64,000 bases of DNA from Candidatus Micrarchaeota archaeon. Its GTDB lineage: Archaea; Micrarchaeota; Micrarchaeia; Anstonellales; Anstonellaceae. Position 1 is the first letter of the stretch, and each line of letters begins with the position of its first letter. Under the pieces are notes generated by a model. It was not told the origin of the DNA and did no database searches. It saw only the letters and a list, made by a program, of their open reading frames with translations. This document shows, in pieces, positions 10,031 through 18,870 of the stretch. The position numbers and the translations under genes are program-made. The stretch is taken from contig JAOAJF010000001.1 of NCBI GenBank assembly GCA_026414325.1, forward strand, positions 36,090-100,089, given 5' to 3'.

Positions 10031-10051
10031 AAAAAAGCTCGAGTTTAAAAA

Positions 10052-11269
10052 CTATTCTAAACCTTCCCTATCTTCTATTAAAACCATTTTTTGGTTTTTT
10101 AAATCATCTAATATTGCCTTTCTTATATTTCTTGAAAGGGCTTCTGGAGGAATTACTCCTCTAATTTTAATTTTATCTATATATTTAGAAAAAGTAGCAG
10201 CAGCAATTCCAGTTGGATAAGAAATATATGTAGCTCCAGCAAACTCTTTTGGAATATTTTTTAATGAAGGGTAAACCGCAGTGTATCTAATCTGTAGGGG
10301 CCTATAGTCCTTTATTCCATAAACATCGATGGTGGACGCAAAAACAGAATTTTCTATTGCAGGGCTTGATTCTTTAAGCTCTATCATTTGTTTTGGATTT
10401 GGAACTTCTATATTTAATTTTTTAAATAATTCTATCGGAGCGATGGACGTATTTGCAATTTTTAATTTCTTTTTTGAAAACATACCTAATTGATTTAGAA
10501 TATAAAATAATCTTATATCCTCTCCACTTATTTTATAGTCCACCAGTCTTACGTCTATAAACAGCGGGATAGTACAAACCTCATCTCCTTGTATAGAATA
10601 ACAAATTTTTTTTCCAAACCCAGCTGGATAGTGATATTCTTCCTGCCTAGAAAAAGGCAAATCTTTTTTAAATTGGCCATATTCGTAAAACACTGGCTCG
10701 GCAGTGATCTCTTCTAATGTTAATGTGGCAGACCAGGAAAAAACTAATCTATCAGCTTTATTTTCTTGAATTATTCTAAATTTTATCCATTCTACCTCGT
10801 CAAACATCTCGGAGGCTTCCTTTGCCAACAAATTTGTAACTCCTGGAGAAACACCAGTGTTTATTAAAGCTATCAAATTTTTTTCTTTGAACTCTTGAGA
10901 ATATTTTAATTGATCTGGTTTATAGCCTTCTTCTAGCTCAGAGCACATATCCTGATAATTTGCACCAACTTCTAGCGCAACCCTCATTAAACTTTTATTA
11001 TACTTTGGCAAACTCGCATTTAGTATTAGACTTGCTCCCTTTGCAAATTTTATAATTTGTTTTGGTTTAGAAGCATCTGCTTCCACTAATTTTATTTTAG
11101 GATTTTTTTCATCGATGTACTCGAATGCTTTTTTAATATTATTTGTAATACAAATTATTTGAGTATTTTCCTTTTGTTTTGCCAGAAGCTTTGCAATTAC
11201 TGAGCCAGTTGCACCAACTCCAACAAGAACAATCTTTTTTTGCTTTTTTTCAACAAGGTTTTTCATCAA
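10052..11269 (-). CDS. Saccharopine dehydrogenase-like NAD(P)-dependent oxidoreductase
   Basis: GVGATG Rossmann motif, ANYQDM, NTGVSPGVTN, FSWS, GVIPPEAL. Confidence 0.82.
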   Translation of the reverse strand: MMKNLVEKKQKKIVLVGVGATGSVIAKLLAKQKENTQIICITNNIKKAFEYIDEKNPKIKLVEADASKPKQIIKFAKGASLILNASLPKYNKSLMRVALEVGANYQDMCSELEEGYKPDQLKYSQEFKEKNLIALINTGVSPGVTNLLAKEASEMFDEVEWIKFRIIQENKADRLVFSWSATLTLEEITAEPVFYEYGQFKKDLPFSRQEEYHYPAGFGKKICYSIQGDEVCTIPLFIDVRLVDYKISGEDIRLFYILNQLGMFSKKKLKIANTSIAPIELFKKLNIEVPNPKQMIELKESSPAIENSVFASTIDVYGIKDYRPLQIRYTAVYPSLKNIPKEFAGATYISYPTGIAAATFSKYIDKIKIRGVIPPEALSRNIRKAILDDLKNQKMVLIEDREGLE

Positions 11270-11459
11270 TTTTATTTTGTATATTAAAATTTTTATTTTT
11301 GTGGCTAATTTCAGTCTAAAATAGAAAGCGAAAAATTTAAATATTTCTTAGTGTATATATTATATTGTTAACACCATTATAACTTTCAATTATTGATTAT
11401 TCATAATACCAAAAGTTTATCTTTTATTTTTAGTAAACTTAATATTAACATTTTAGGGG

Positions 11460-11954
11460 GTGGTTGGAATGAACTGGAGACTAATGGAGCGATTTAGGCA
11501 AATGCAGGAAGAGATGGATAAATTATTCGAAGATTTCTTTAGCAGCGAGAGATTTGGCCCAAGCTTTTTAGCCCTTCCCTCTCCAGAAAAACAACCGCTT
11601 CAGAGATTTCAGCCAGCTAGATTCTTGAAGGCCTATGCAGATCTATATGAAACAGACAAAGAAGTAATTGCTCAATTTGACTTACCTGGTTTTGACAAAA
11701 ACGACATTGATATAAAAATCTCTGATAACAACCTAACAGTTAAGGTAGAGAAAAAAGCACAAAAAGAGGAAAAAGCCAAAGGTTACTATCTCTCTGAAAG
11801 AAGCTACGCTGGATTTTATCGTTGCATCAGCTTACCACCTTATCTAAAACCAGATCAGGCAAAAGCAGAATACAAAAACGGAGTCCTAACAATTAGCATT
11901 CCAAAGGATGAGAAAAAACTTAAAGAAAACGAAATAAAAATAAAAGTTTACTAA
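11460..11954 (+). CDS. Small heat shock protein (Hsp20/alpha-crystallin)
   Basis: DLYET, DLPG, ERSYAGFYRCISLP, AEYKNGVLTISIPK. Confidence 0.95.
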   Translation: MVGMNWRLMERFRQMQEEMDKLFEDFFSSERFGPSFLALPSPEKQPLQRFQPARFLKAYADLYETDKEVIAQFDLPGFDKNDIDIKISDNNLTVKVEKKAQKEEKAKGYYLSERSYAGFYRCISLPPYLKPDQAKAEYKNGVLTISIPKDEKKLKENEIKIKVY

Positions 11955-12025
11955 AACTTTCCCCTTCTTTTCTACTTTTTTTCTTTTTATGAGTTCATCA
12001 AGTAGGTATTTTTACTAAGCAAATT

Positions 12026-13210
12026 CTATTTACCTTTTAGATATTCTATTCCAACCAAGGTTCCTGAAGTTAAATATTCAATAAAGGCCTTTCCAGAAAG
12101 CGAAATATAGCCAAACTTTTCTTTTTTTAACTTTAATTTTTCTATTGCATCTGCACTATTTCCTCCACCAACCAAAGAAAATGCCTTTGATTTTGTAATC
12201 GCTTCTAAAACTTTTTTAGTACCCTTTTCAAATCCCTTCTTTTCGTATACTCCCATCGGGCCATTAAAAATTATTTTTTTTGCTTTTGCAATTATGTGCG
12301 AAAATTTTTTTGCAGTTTTTGGCCCAATATCGTATATTTCTTGCTCTATCTCTTTTTCTACATCAACAACCTTTGTTTTGGCTTTAGTTTTTATTACAAC
12401 ATCTTCTGGTAAAATTATTTTTGCAAAATGTTTTTCTATTAGCTCCTTTAGTGTCTGGCCAATTTCTTCTTCTCCTTCGATCTTTTGTTTTATTTTTTTT
12501 CCCATTGCCTTTAGTGCAACAACAGCAAACAAACCTCCAATTAAAATATAATCTGCCTTGTTGTTTTCTAACCAATATTTTAAAATCCCAGTAGAGTCTT
12601 TGATTTTTGCACCGCCTAAAATTAAAACAACTGGTCTATCCTGTTCATTAAATTTTTGTAAGGCAGAAAGCTCTCTTTCTAAAACTGGCCCAGCAACTTT
12701 AATTGGTTTTTTAAACCCAACTACTGAGGCATGTGCTCTATGTGCAACAGAGAGAGCATCTAAAACAAATACATCACAAAATGGTTCTAATTTATCTATA
12801 AGCTCGCACTTATTTGTTTTTTCATATTCTGTTTCGCAATCTAAAAACCTTGTGTTTTCTAAAAGTAAAATTTGGCCACTTTCAAGAGTTTTAATTTTTT
12901 CGATAGCTTTTTCACCACAAATATCAGCAACAAACTCAACTCTTAATTTTTTGTTTATTTTTTTTACCTCTCTATCTAAAATTTTAGCATGCTCAGCCAG
13001 ACTTGTAAAGTCTTTATCACCCTTTCTTCCCTGATGAGCTAAAATAACAACCTTTGCTTCTTTTAAGGCAAGCTGAGCAATGGTTTTTGCATGTTCCACT
13101 ATTCTTGGAGAGCAAACAGGCTTGTTATTTTTTATAGTGGTGTTTAAATCAGCTCTCAAAAAAACAGTCTTATCTTTTAGCTCTACTTTATCAATTGTTA
13201 GGTATTCCAT
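12026..13210 (-). CDS. pgk: Phosphoglycerate kinase
   Basis: RADLN, AHQGR, LLENTRF, AHRAHAS, GGAKIKD, NGPMGVYE; start moved to MEYLTIDK. Confidence 0.95.
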   Translation of the reverse strand: MEYLTIDKVELKDKTVFLRADLNTTIKNNKPVCSPRIVEHAKTIAQLALKEAKVVILAHQGRKGDKDFTSLAEHAKILDREVKKINKKLRVEFVADICGEKAIEKIKTLESGQILLLENTRFLDCETEYEKTNKCELIDKLEPFCDVFVLDALSVAHRAHASVVGFKKPIKVAGPVLERELSALQKFNEQDRPVVLILGGAKIKDSTGILKYWLENNKADYILIGGLFAVVALKAMGKKIKQKIEGEEEIGQTLKELIEKHFAKIILPEDVVIKTKAKTKVVDVEKEIEQEIYDIGPKTAKKFSHIIAKAKKIIFNGPMGVYEKKGFEKGTKKVLEAITKSKAFSLVGGGNSADAIEKLKLKKEKFGYISLSGKAFIEYLTSGTLVGIEYLKGK

Positions 13211-13269
13211 AATTTTGAAAACACAAAATAGTTTATTAAATTTTTTGTAAAAATAAAATTGGTGAGAAA

Positions 13270-14271
13270 ATGAATTTAGCAATAAATGGTTTTGGTAGAA
13301 TAGGGCGAGTAATTCTTAGAGCAGCACTTGAAAGAAAGCTTTTAGGAAAAAAATTAGATATTGTTGCAGTAAACAATCCTTCTGGAGCACAAACTGCTGC
13401 CCAGCTTTTAAAATATGATTCTACTTATGGAATTCTGCAAAACAAATTAGAATATGGCCAGGATTATATTTCTATAGATGGTTATAAAATAAACGTTGTT
13501 ACTGATAAAGAGCCACTTAATCTACCTTGGAAAAAATTAGGTGTAGATGTTGTTTTAGAATGCACAGGTGCTTTTACAGATAGAGAAGGAGCTGAAAAAC
13601 ACCTAAAAGCAGGAGCAAAAAAAGTAATTATTTCTGCACCAGCTAAAGAAAATGGAGCTGACATCACAATTGTTATGGGGGTAAACGATGAGCAATATGA
13701 CAAAAAAAAGCATCATATTATTTCAAATGCCTCTTGTACAACTAATTCATTAGCACCAGTTCTAAAAGTATTAGATGAAAATTTTGAAATTATAAATGGT
13801 TTTATGACTACCACTCATGCTTATACTAACGATCAGAGAATATTGGATGGAGAGCACAAAGATTTAAGGAGAGCAAGGAGTGCAGCAGTTAATATTATTC
13901 CAACAAAAACAGGTGCTGCTTCTGCAATTGGAGAGGTTCTACCAAATTTGGCAGGAAAGATGGATGGTGTTGCTTTACGTGTTCCAGTTCCTTGGGGTTC
14001 TATTACTGACATTACAGTTACTGTGAATAAAAAGGCAACAAAAGAGCAAGTAAATTCAGCTTTAGAAAAAGCTGCAGCAGGAAAATTAAAAGGCATTTTA
14101 CAATTTACAACAGACCCAATAGTATCTAGTGATATTATAAAAAATCCACATTCAGCAATAGTGGATGGGCAGCTAACAAAGACAATTGACAATTTAGTAA
14201 AAGTCTTTTCTTGGTATGATAATGAATGGGGTTACTCAAATAGAATGTTGGACTTGGCATTAAGGGTTTAA
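13270..14271 (+). CDS. gap: Class I (bacterial-type) glyceraldehyde-3-phosphate dehydrogenase
   Basis: AINGFGRIGR, SNASCTTNSLAP catalytic Cys, WYDNEWGYS. Confidence 0.96.
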   Translation: MNLAINGFGRIGRVILRAALERKLLGKKLDIVAVNNPSGAQTAAQLLKYDSTYGILQNKLEYGQDYISIDGYKINVVTDKEPLNLPWKKLGVDVVLECTGAFTDREGAEKHLKAGAKKVIISAPAKENGADITIVMGVNDEQYDKKKHHIISNASCTTNSLAPVLKVLDENFEIINGFMTTTHAYTNDQRILDGEHKDLRRARSAAVNIIPTKTGAASAIGEVLPNLAGKMDGVALRVPVPWGSITDITVTVNKKATKEQVNSALEKAAAGKLKGILQFTTDPIVSSDIIKNPHSAIVDGQLTKTIDNLVKVFSWYDNEWGYSNRMLDLALRV

Positions 14272-14303
14272 AATTTAAAAATTTTATTGGATTTAATCCT
14301 TAT

Positions 14304-17300
14304 ATGTTTCAAATTACCAAAAAATTTGAAGATAAAAAAGCTAGTTTTGATCCAAACCTAGCAAAACAAAATTTTCACTATTCTGATACTATTGTAAATA
14401 CCATGAATTCTTTATTAACAAATTTTCATTTTCCAATACCTCTCTCTATTAGTTTTGAACAAACACAAACTTATCAAGAAGATAAGTGGCAAAATTTAGA
14501 GGTAAAAACTTTTCAGAAGACCTCCATCTTTAACAACCAATTTGAAGAGCATGTTACGCATTTTTATCCTTATCAAAGAAAAGTTGGTCATATAGGAAAC
14601 TATATTGTAGGGCAAAGTCCAATCTACTCGTTTAGGCCAATTGCAGAAAAATTCGAAGTGGAACAAAAACATCAACAAACAATACAAAGCAACATTCAAG
14701 AAATTTCTAAATCTTTAAGTAATGGAATTCTGGGGATTTTTAATCTTGCTGGTCTTTTTAGTTATTCCCCATTAGCGGTAGTTTCTATTTTAACAAAGTT
14801 AAAAGATGTTTTAGAAGATCAAAGATTTTATACAGATATCAAATCTGTGCAACATCTTATAAATAAAACTAAAGATCAAATAAAAAAGATAAATAGCAGC
14901 CTGCCTGATTCTGAGCGTTTAAGCACTCAAGAGTTAGAAGGATGGTTTAAAAACTTTGATTTATTGTTTGTTTCTTCTGATGTTGTTTTTTTTGTTTCTC
15001 CAGAAGCTGTACCGCTTTCAAAACAAGATGCTTATGTCTATGCTGAAAAGGCAATGGAAAAAAATAAAAAATTAGGTGAAAATTTATGTAAAAATTTTAT
15101 TTTTTCTATTGATTCTAACAATAATCAAAAAACCTATTATAATGTATGGGGAATAGATAAATCCCCTGAAGGTAGTTGGGTTCTCTCTCAGGAAGATGTT
15201 TCCAATGCTGTCGAGATGCTAAAAACAATACACCTCTCACTTAATTTATTTTTAAGCAACTTACAAAACTTTTTAAATTACATGTCAACTACTAAAGACC
15301 CTCCATATATTTTAAAATTTTTATATAATTCATACCAAAATCTCCTAAAATCTTGTCCTGCTATTGGTATTGATCCAATTGATGGTATAAAACAAATCGA
15401 CAATGAAATAAATGTTATACTCTCAGATTTAAACTCTGCTGATCCAAACAAGCGTCTTCAAGGTTTTGAGAACTTCCAATTACTTTTAAAAAAGGTTTCA
15501 GTTTCTAAATTAAATTCCACCAGTCTCCACAAAGAATTGAATTTAACTAAATCCAATATTCCTTTTTATTCTTTTCTTAATGATTTTTTCAGTATTGTGG
15601 GGAGAAATATTCTATTTATTCCCTCTGAAACCTCAAAGAAAATAATGGAACTATCTGTAAACTATATTGGTACTGACCTAAAGTTGAACCAAGGTGGAAA
15701 CACCCCACTTGATATAACTGGTTTTTTTGCTTCTACTTTTAATGTTACTGTTACCTCTTCTTTAAAAGATTTTACTTTTAATTCAAAATATATTTCTTCC
15801 TATATAAAAAGTGCTTTTGAAGAAGTCAATCCAGGCTATAAAATAGAAGTTCAAGAGCAAAAGTCCGGAGTATTTTTAGTAAAAGTAACTGGAAATATTC
15901 AAACATCTATGGCTACTCCTAATCCTCTAAAACAAATTGTAGAAGTATCCTGCCCAGCAACATTTTCTCCGGAGGTAAAAAAGAAAGAAAAATTACCTGT
16001 TTATCAGTTAAATTATGAAAACATACATCGTATTTTTACAGGTGAAAATCCCCCAACGCAAAAAGTTCCATATCCTTTGAGTGTTGATCTTTTTTCAAAT
16101 TCTTCTGTTATTACCACTTCAGATAACATTATTTTGTCTGGAAAAACCTTTTTTGTCCCACCCTATGAATACAGGAAAATAATGGCTGAGGTTTGTAAAG
16201 AGTTGCTTGAAAGAGTTGGTATTAATATAGCATTTAATGATATATTTTTATCCACATTCGCTACAAATGGAAATTTTGAAAGGCAGTATGTTGAGGCTTA
16301 TTCAAAATTTTGTAAGGACAACGATAAAACTCCTACTCCTGAAGGTTATCAAGATTTCGTTGCAGAGTTTCTCTTTGAATATATCAAAAGGACAGTAACT
16401 GCTTATTATTTTTTAAAACATCTAGATAAAAATCAATACGATTCTCTTTTAGCCGAATTAGATAAATTATTTCCTCCTACAGAAATTATGGAAGAAAAGA
16501 CATTACCAAACGGAGAAAAAATTAAGGCAATAAAAATAGTTAGAAGTTTTGATGAGAACGTTCAAAATGACCTTTTAAGACTTCAATATCGCTATCAATT
16601 TTCTATAGCATACTTTTCTTATATACTTGACCCTTCTAATCCTTTAAATCTAACAGAAGAACAAAAAGCTCAATATATCAAAGATTTTGAAAAAGAAGCA
16701 GAAACATATTATCAAGGATTAAAAAAATTTATATCTAATAAATCAAGCGCTATTCTTTCTTACGAATTTTATCACACTTTAGATGAGTTAGCAAGTTATG
16801 GTATTTCAAATGCCAATCTCGGTGTAAAATTTAGTCTTGGACATAAAAAACAATTTGAATTTTTATTAGGTTTTTCCTTTTTAGGCCCACTTCTTAGTTT
16901 CATTCAAGGAAAAAAACTTGAATATGGTGACCTGCCGGATGTTATACCTTATGGAGGTAATTTTTTAAACGAAGCTATAGGTGTTGGTGTAACTAAGCCA
17001 GCAATTGGCTTTGAAGCAAGATGGAATGAAGAATTTTCAACACCACTACCTATAGATTTTACTATTGTAAATAATCTAAGCTTATCTGCTACTTATTTTT
17101 TAAATTCACAAACCAAGTTTAACAAAAATGACGCCATTATTCAAAAATGTTATGAAATATGGGATACTTATAAGAATTTTGTCTCTTTGCTTATTACTTA
17201 TCCTAAAAAAGAAGAGCTTTTTATAACTGCTTCAGTTGAGCAGCAGCAACAAAAGATTATTCTAAATAATCTTCGTTATGATTTACTCAGAAAATTAGCG

Positions 17301-18836
17301 GAGTTGGAAGAGCTCCTACCTCCAGAAGCTGAAAGATTGAAAAAACTTGTCAATGACGCAAAAAAAACTATGTCAGATGACGGATTTTTAGAGTTAGCCA
17401 ATTATTCTAAAACCGACAAAGACAAAAAAGGTATTTTTGAGGATCTAACTGTGGATGATATTCTCTTTTGCATTCCTTCACTGGATTTTCGTATGTCAAA
17501 TCTATTTGAAAATACTGCTGATCAAGATGGGATATTCTTTTCCTTTTTTAGTGGCAAACAATTTTCTCCTGCTGGGATATCTCTAGGTAATTACCATTCA
17601 CCAACAGATTATGGTTTAATGTTTTTACAAGAACAATATCTTTTTTTCGCATCTCTAAAAAACAAAACGGTTCTTACAAGCGACATAGTCTTAAAAGAAG
17701 GAAATAACTATAGCTTAAATTTTTCGCCATCTATCGAGTCAAATATCTATCTAAATGCACTTTTAGTCAAAACTTTATTTACTGTTCTTCAAAAATCCTC
17801 AGACGACCAAACAGAAATAGATAAAATAAAGGAACAAAAAGCATTTAACTTTCTTTCATCGTTTATAAAAACCTCGTTAGTATTTAATCTTGCTTTAAAA
17901 TCCTTGCTTTCTTATTCTTCACATATTAATGTTTTTGGACAGCCTGTAACATTCAATCCATATCTAAACATTCTATCTCAATTTTTTGGAGTAATAAACG
18001 AGTCTGATGCATTTTTTGGCAAACGAAAATTATTTGGGGAATTAGGAAACAAAATAATTCTTAATAATTTCATTCTTGGCCAATCTGTTTTTATTGAATA
18101 TCCTTTTGCTTATGGTGGTTCCCTTTCTTTACAATATGAGCAGGAAAATATAAAAGTAGATGTGAATGCTATATTGAGAAGAGATCAAATTAACCAGAAT
18201 CAAAATCTCACCTATCCTCGTATCTATGTTAAAATTGAGATTCCATTATTTAAGCCAAAAAAAAACGAATTAGAAAGTAGTTTAGAAACAGAATCAGAAC
18301 CTTCTAGAGCTTATTCTACTTATGAAAACAATCAAAAACAAAAAGAAGAAAAAGAACAACTAAATCAGTTAAAAAGAGAGTTAAAAAATTTCCAAAAAGA
18401 AGAAAATGTCTGGGAAATTCATGGCAGAACATTTAATGATATTCATAAAGCATATTCCTTTTATTTAGAGGTAAAAGGTTTAGACGAGTTTTTAGCTTTC
18501 ATAAAAAATACCCCTACTCACCCCCTTCATTCTATTATATTTAAAGAGCTAAATTTTGAAGAAAGACCAAATGCGCCCACCATCTTTAAGAGTTATTCTA
18601 AAACTAATGAAGCTATTAGAACCCTATATACTGCCGAGGAGGTATTGGATTTTGTATATGATTATCTAGCAGATGAAGCTGAAAGAATCCCATCTTTTTC
18701 ATCTTTAAGTCCAGGAGAAAAACTAGCTGAAATATATAAAACAAAAAAATATTTAGAACTATTTTTTAACCAACTAAAAGAAAATGATGTGGCTACAATT
18801 ACTAACAAAAATTTAAAGACCCCATCAAAAAACTAA
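14304..18836 (+). CDS. Large hypothetical protein (1510 aa) with helical regions and amphipathic beta-strand blocks
   Basis: Long ORF with no recognisable family motif; alternating strands such as NLGVKFSLG, IGFEARWN, GGSLSLQY, RIYVKIEIPLF. Confidence 0.8.
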   Translation: MFQITKKFEDKKASFDPNLAKQNFHYSDTIVNTMNSLLTNFHFPIPLSISFEQTQTYQEDKWQNLEVKTFQKTSIFNNQFEEHVTHFYPYQRKVGHIGNYIVGQSPIYSFRPIAEKFEVEQKHQQTIQSNIQEISKSLSNGILGIFNLAGLFSYSPLAVVSILTKLKDVLEDQRFYTDIKSVQHLINKTKDQIKKINSSLPDSERLSTQELEGWFKNFDLLFVSSDVVFFVSPEAVPLSKQDAYVYAEKAMEKNKKLGENLCKNFIFSIDSNNNQKTYYNVWGIDKSPEGSWVLSQEDVSNAVEMLKTIHLSLNLFLSNLQNFLNYMSTTKDPPYILKFLYNSYQNLLKSCPAIGIDPIDGIKQIDNEINVILSDLNSADPNKRLQGFENFQLLLKKVSVSKLNSTSLHKELNLTKSNIPFYSFLNDFFSIVGRNILFIPSETSKKIMELSVNYIGTDLKLNQGGNTPLDITGFFASTFNVTVTSSLKDFTFNSKYISSYIKSAFEEVNPGYKIEVQEQKSGVFLVKVTGNIQTSMATPNPLKQIVEVSCPATFSPEVKKKEKLPVYQLNYENIHRIFTGENPPTQKVPYPLSVDLFSNSSVITTSDNIILSGKTFFVPPYEYRKIMAEVCKELLERVGINIAFNDIFLSTFATNGNFERQYVEAYSKFCKDNDKTPTPEGYQDFVAEFLFEYIKRTVTAYYFLKHLDKNQYDSLLAELDKLFPPTEIMEEKTLPNGEKIKAIKIVRSFDENVQNDLLRLQYRYQFSIAYFSYILDPSNPLNLTEEQKAQYIKDFEKEAETYYQGLKKFISNKSSAILSYEFYHTLDELASYGISNANLGVKFSLGHKKQFEFLLGFSFLGPLLSFIQGKKLEYGDLPDVIPYGGNFLNEAIGVGVTKPAIGFEARWNEEFSTPLPIDFTIVNNLSLSATYFLNSQTKFNKNDAIIQKCYEIWDTYKNFVSLLITYPKKEELFITASVEQQQQKIILNNLRYDLLRKLAELEELLPPEAERLKKLVNDAKKTMSDDGFLELANYSKTDKDKKGIFEDLTVDDILFCIPSLDFRMSNLFENTADQDGIFFSFFSGKQFSPAGISLGNYHSPTDYGLMFLQEQYLFFASLKNKTVLTSDIVLKEGNNYSLNFSPSIESNIYLNALLVKTLFTVLQKSSDDQTEIDKIKEQKAFNFLSSFIKTSLVFNLALKSLLSYSSHINVFGQPVTFNPYLNILSQFFGVINESDAFFGKRKLFGELGNKIILNNFILGQSVFIEYPFAYGGSLSLQYEQENIKVDVNAILRRDQINQNQNLTYPRIYVKIEIPLFKPKKNELESSLETESEPSRAYSTYENNQKQKEEKEQLNQLKRELKNFQKEENVWEIHGRTFNDIHKAYSFYLEVKGLDEFLAFIKNTPTHPLHSIIFKELNFEERPNAPTIFKSYSKTNEAIRTLYTAEEVLDFVYDYLADEAERIPSFSSLSPGEKLAEIYKTKKYLELFFNQLKENDVATITNKNLKTPSKN

Positions 18837-18870
18837 AAAATTTATATATTTTATCTTTATTATTATAGTT

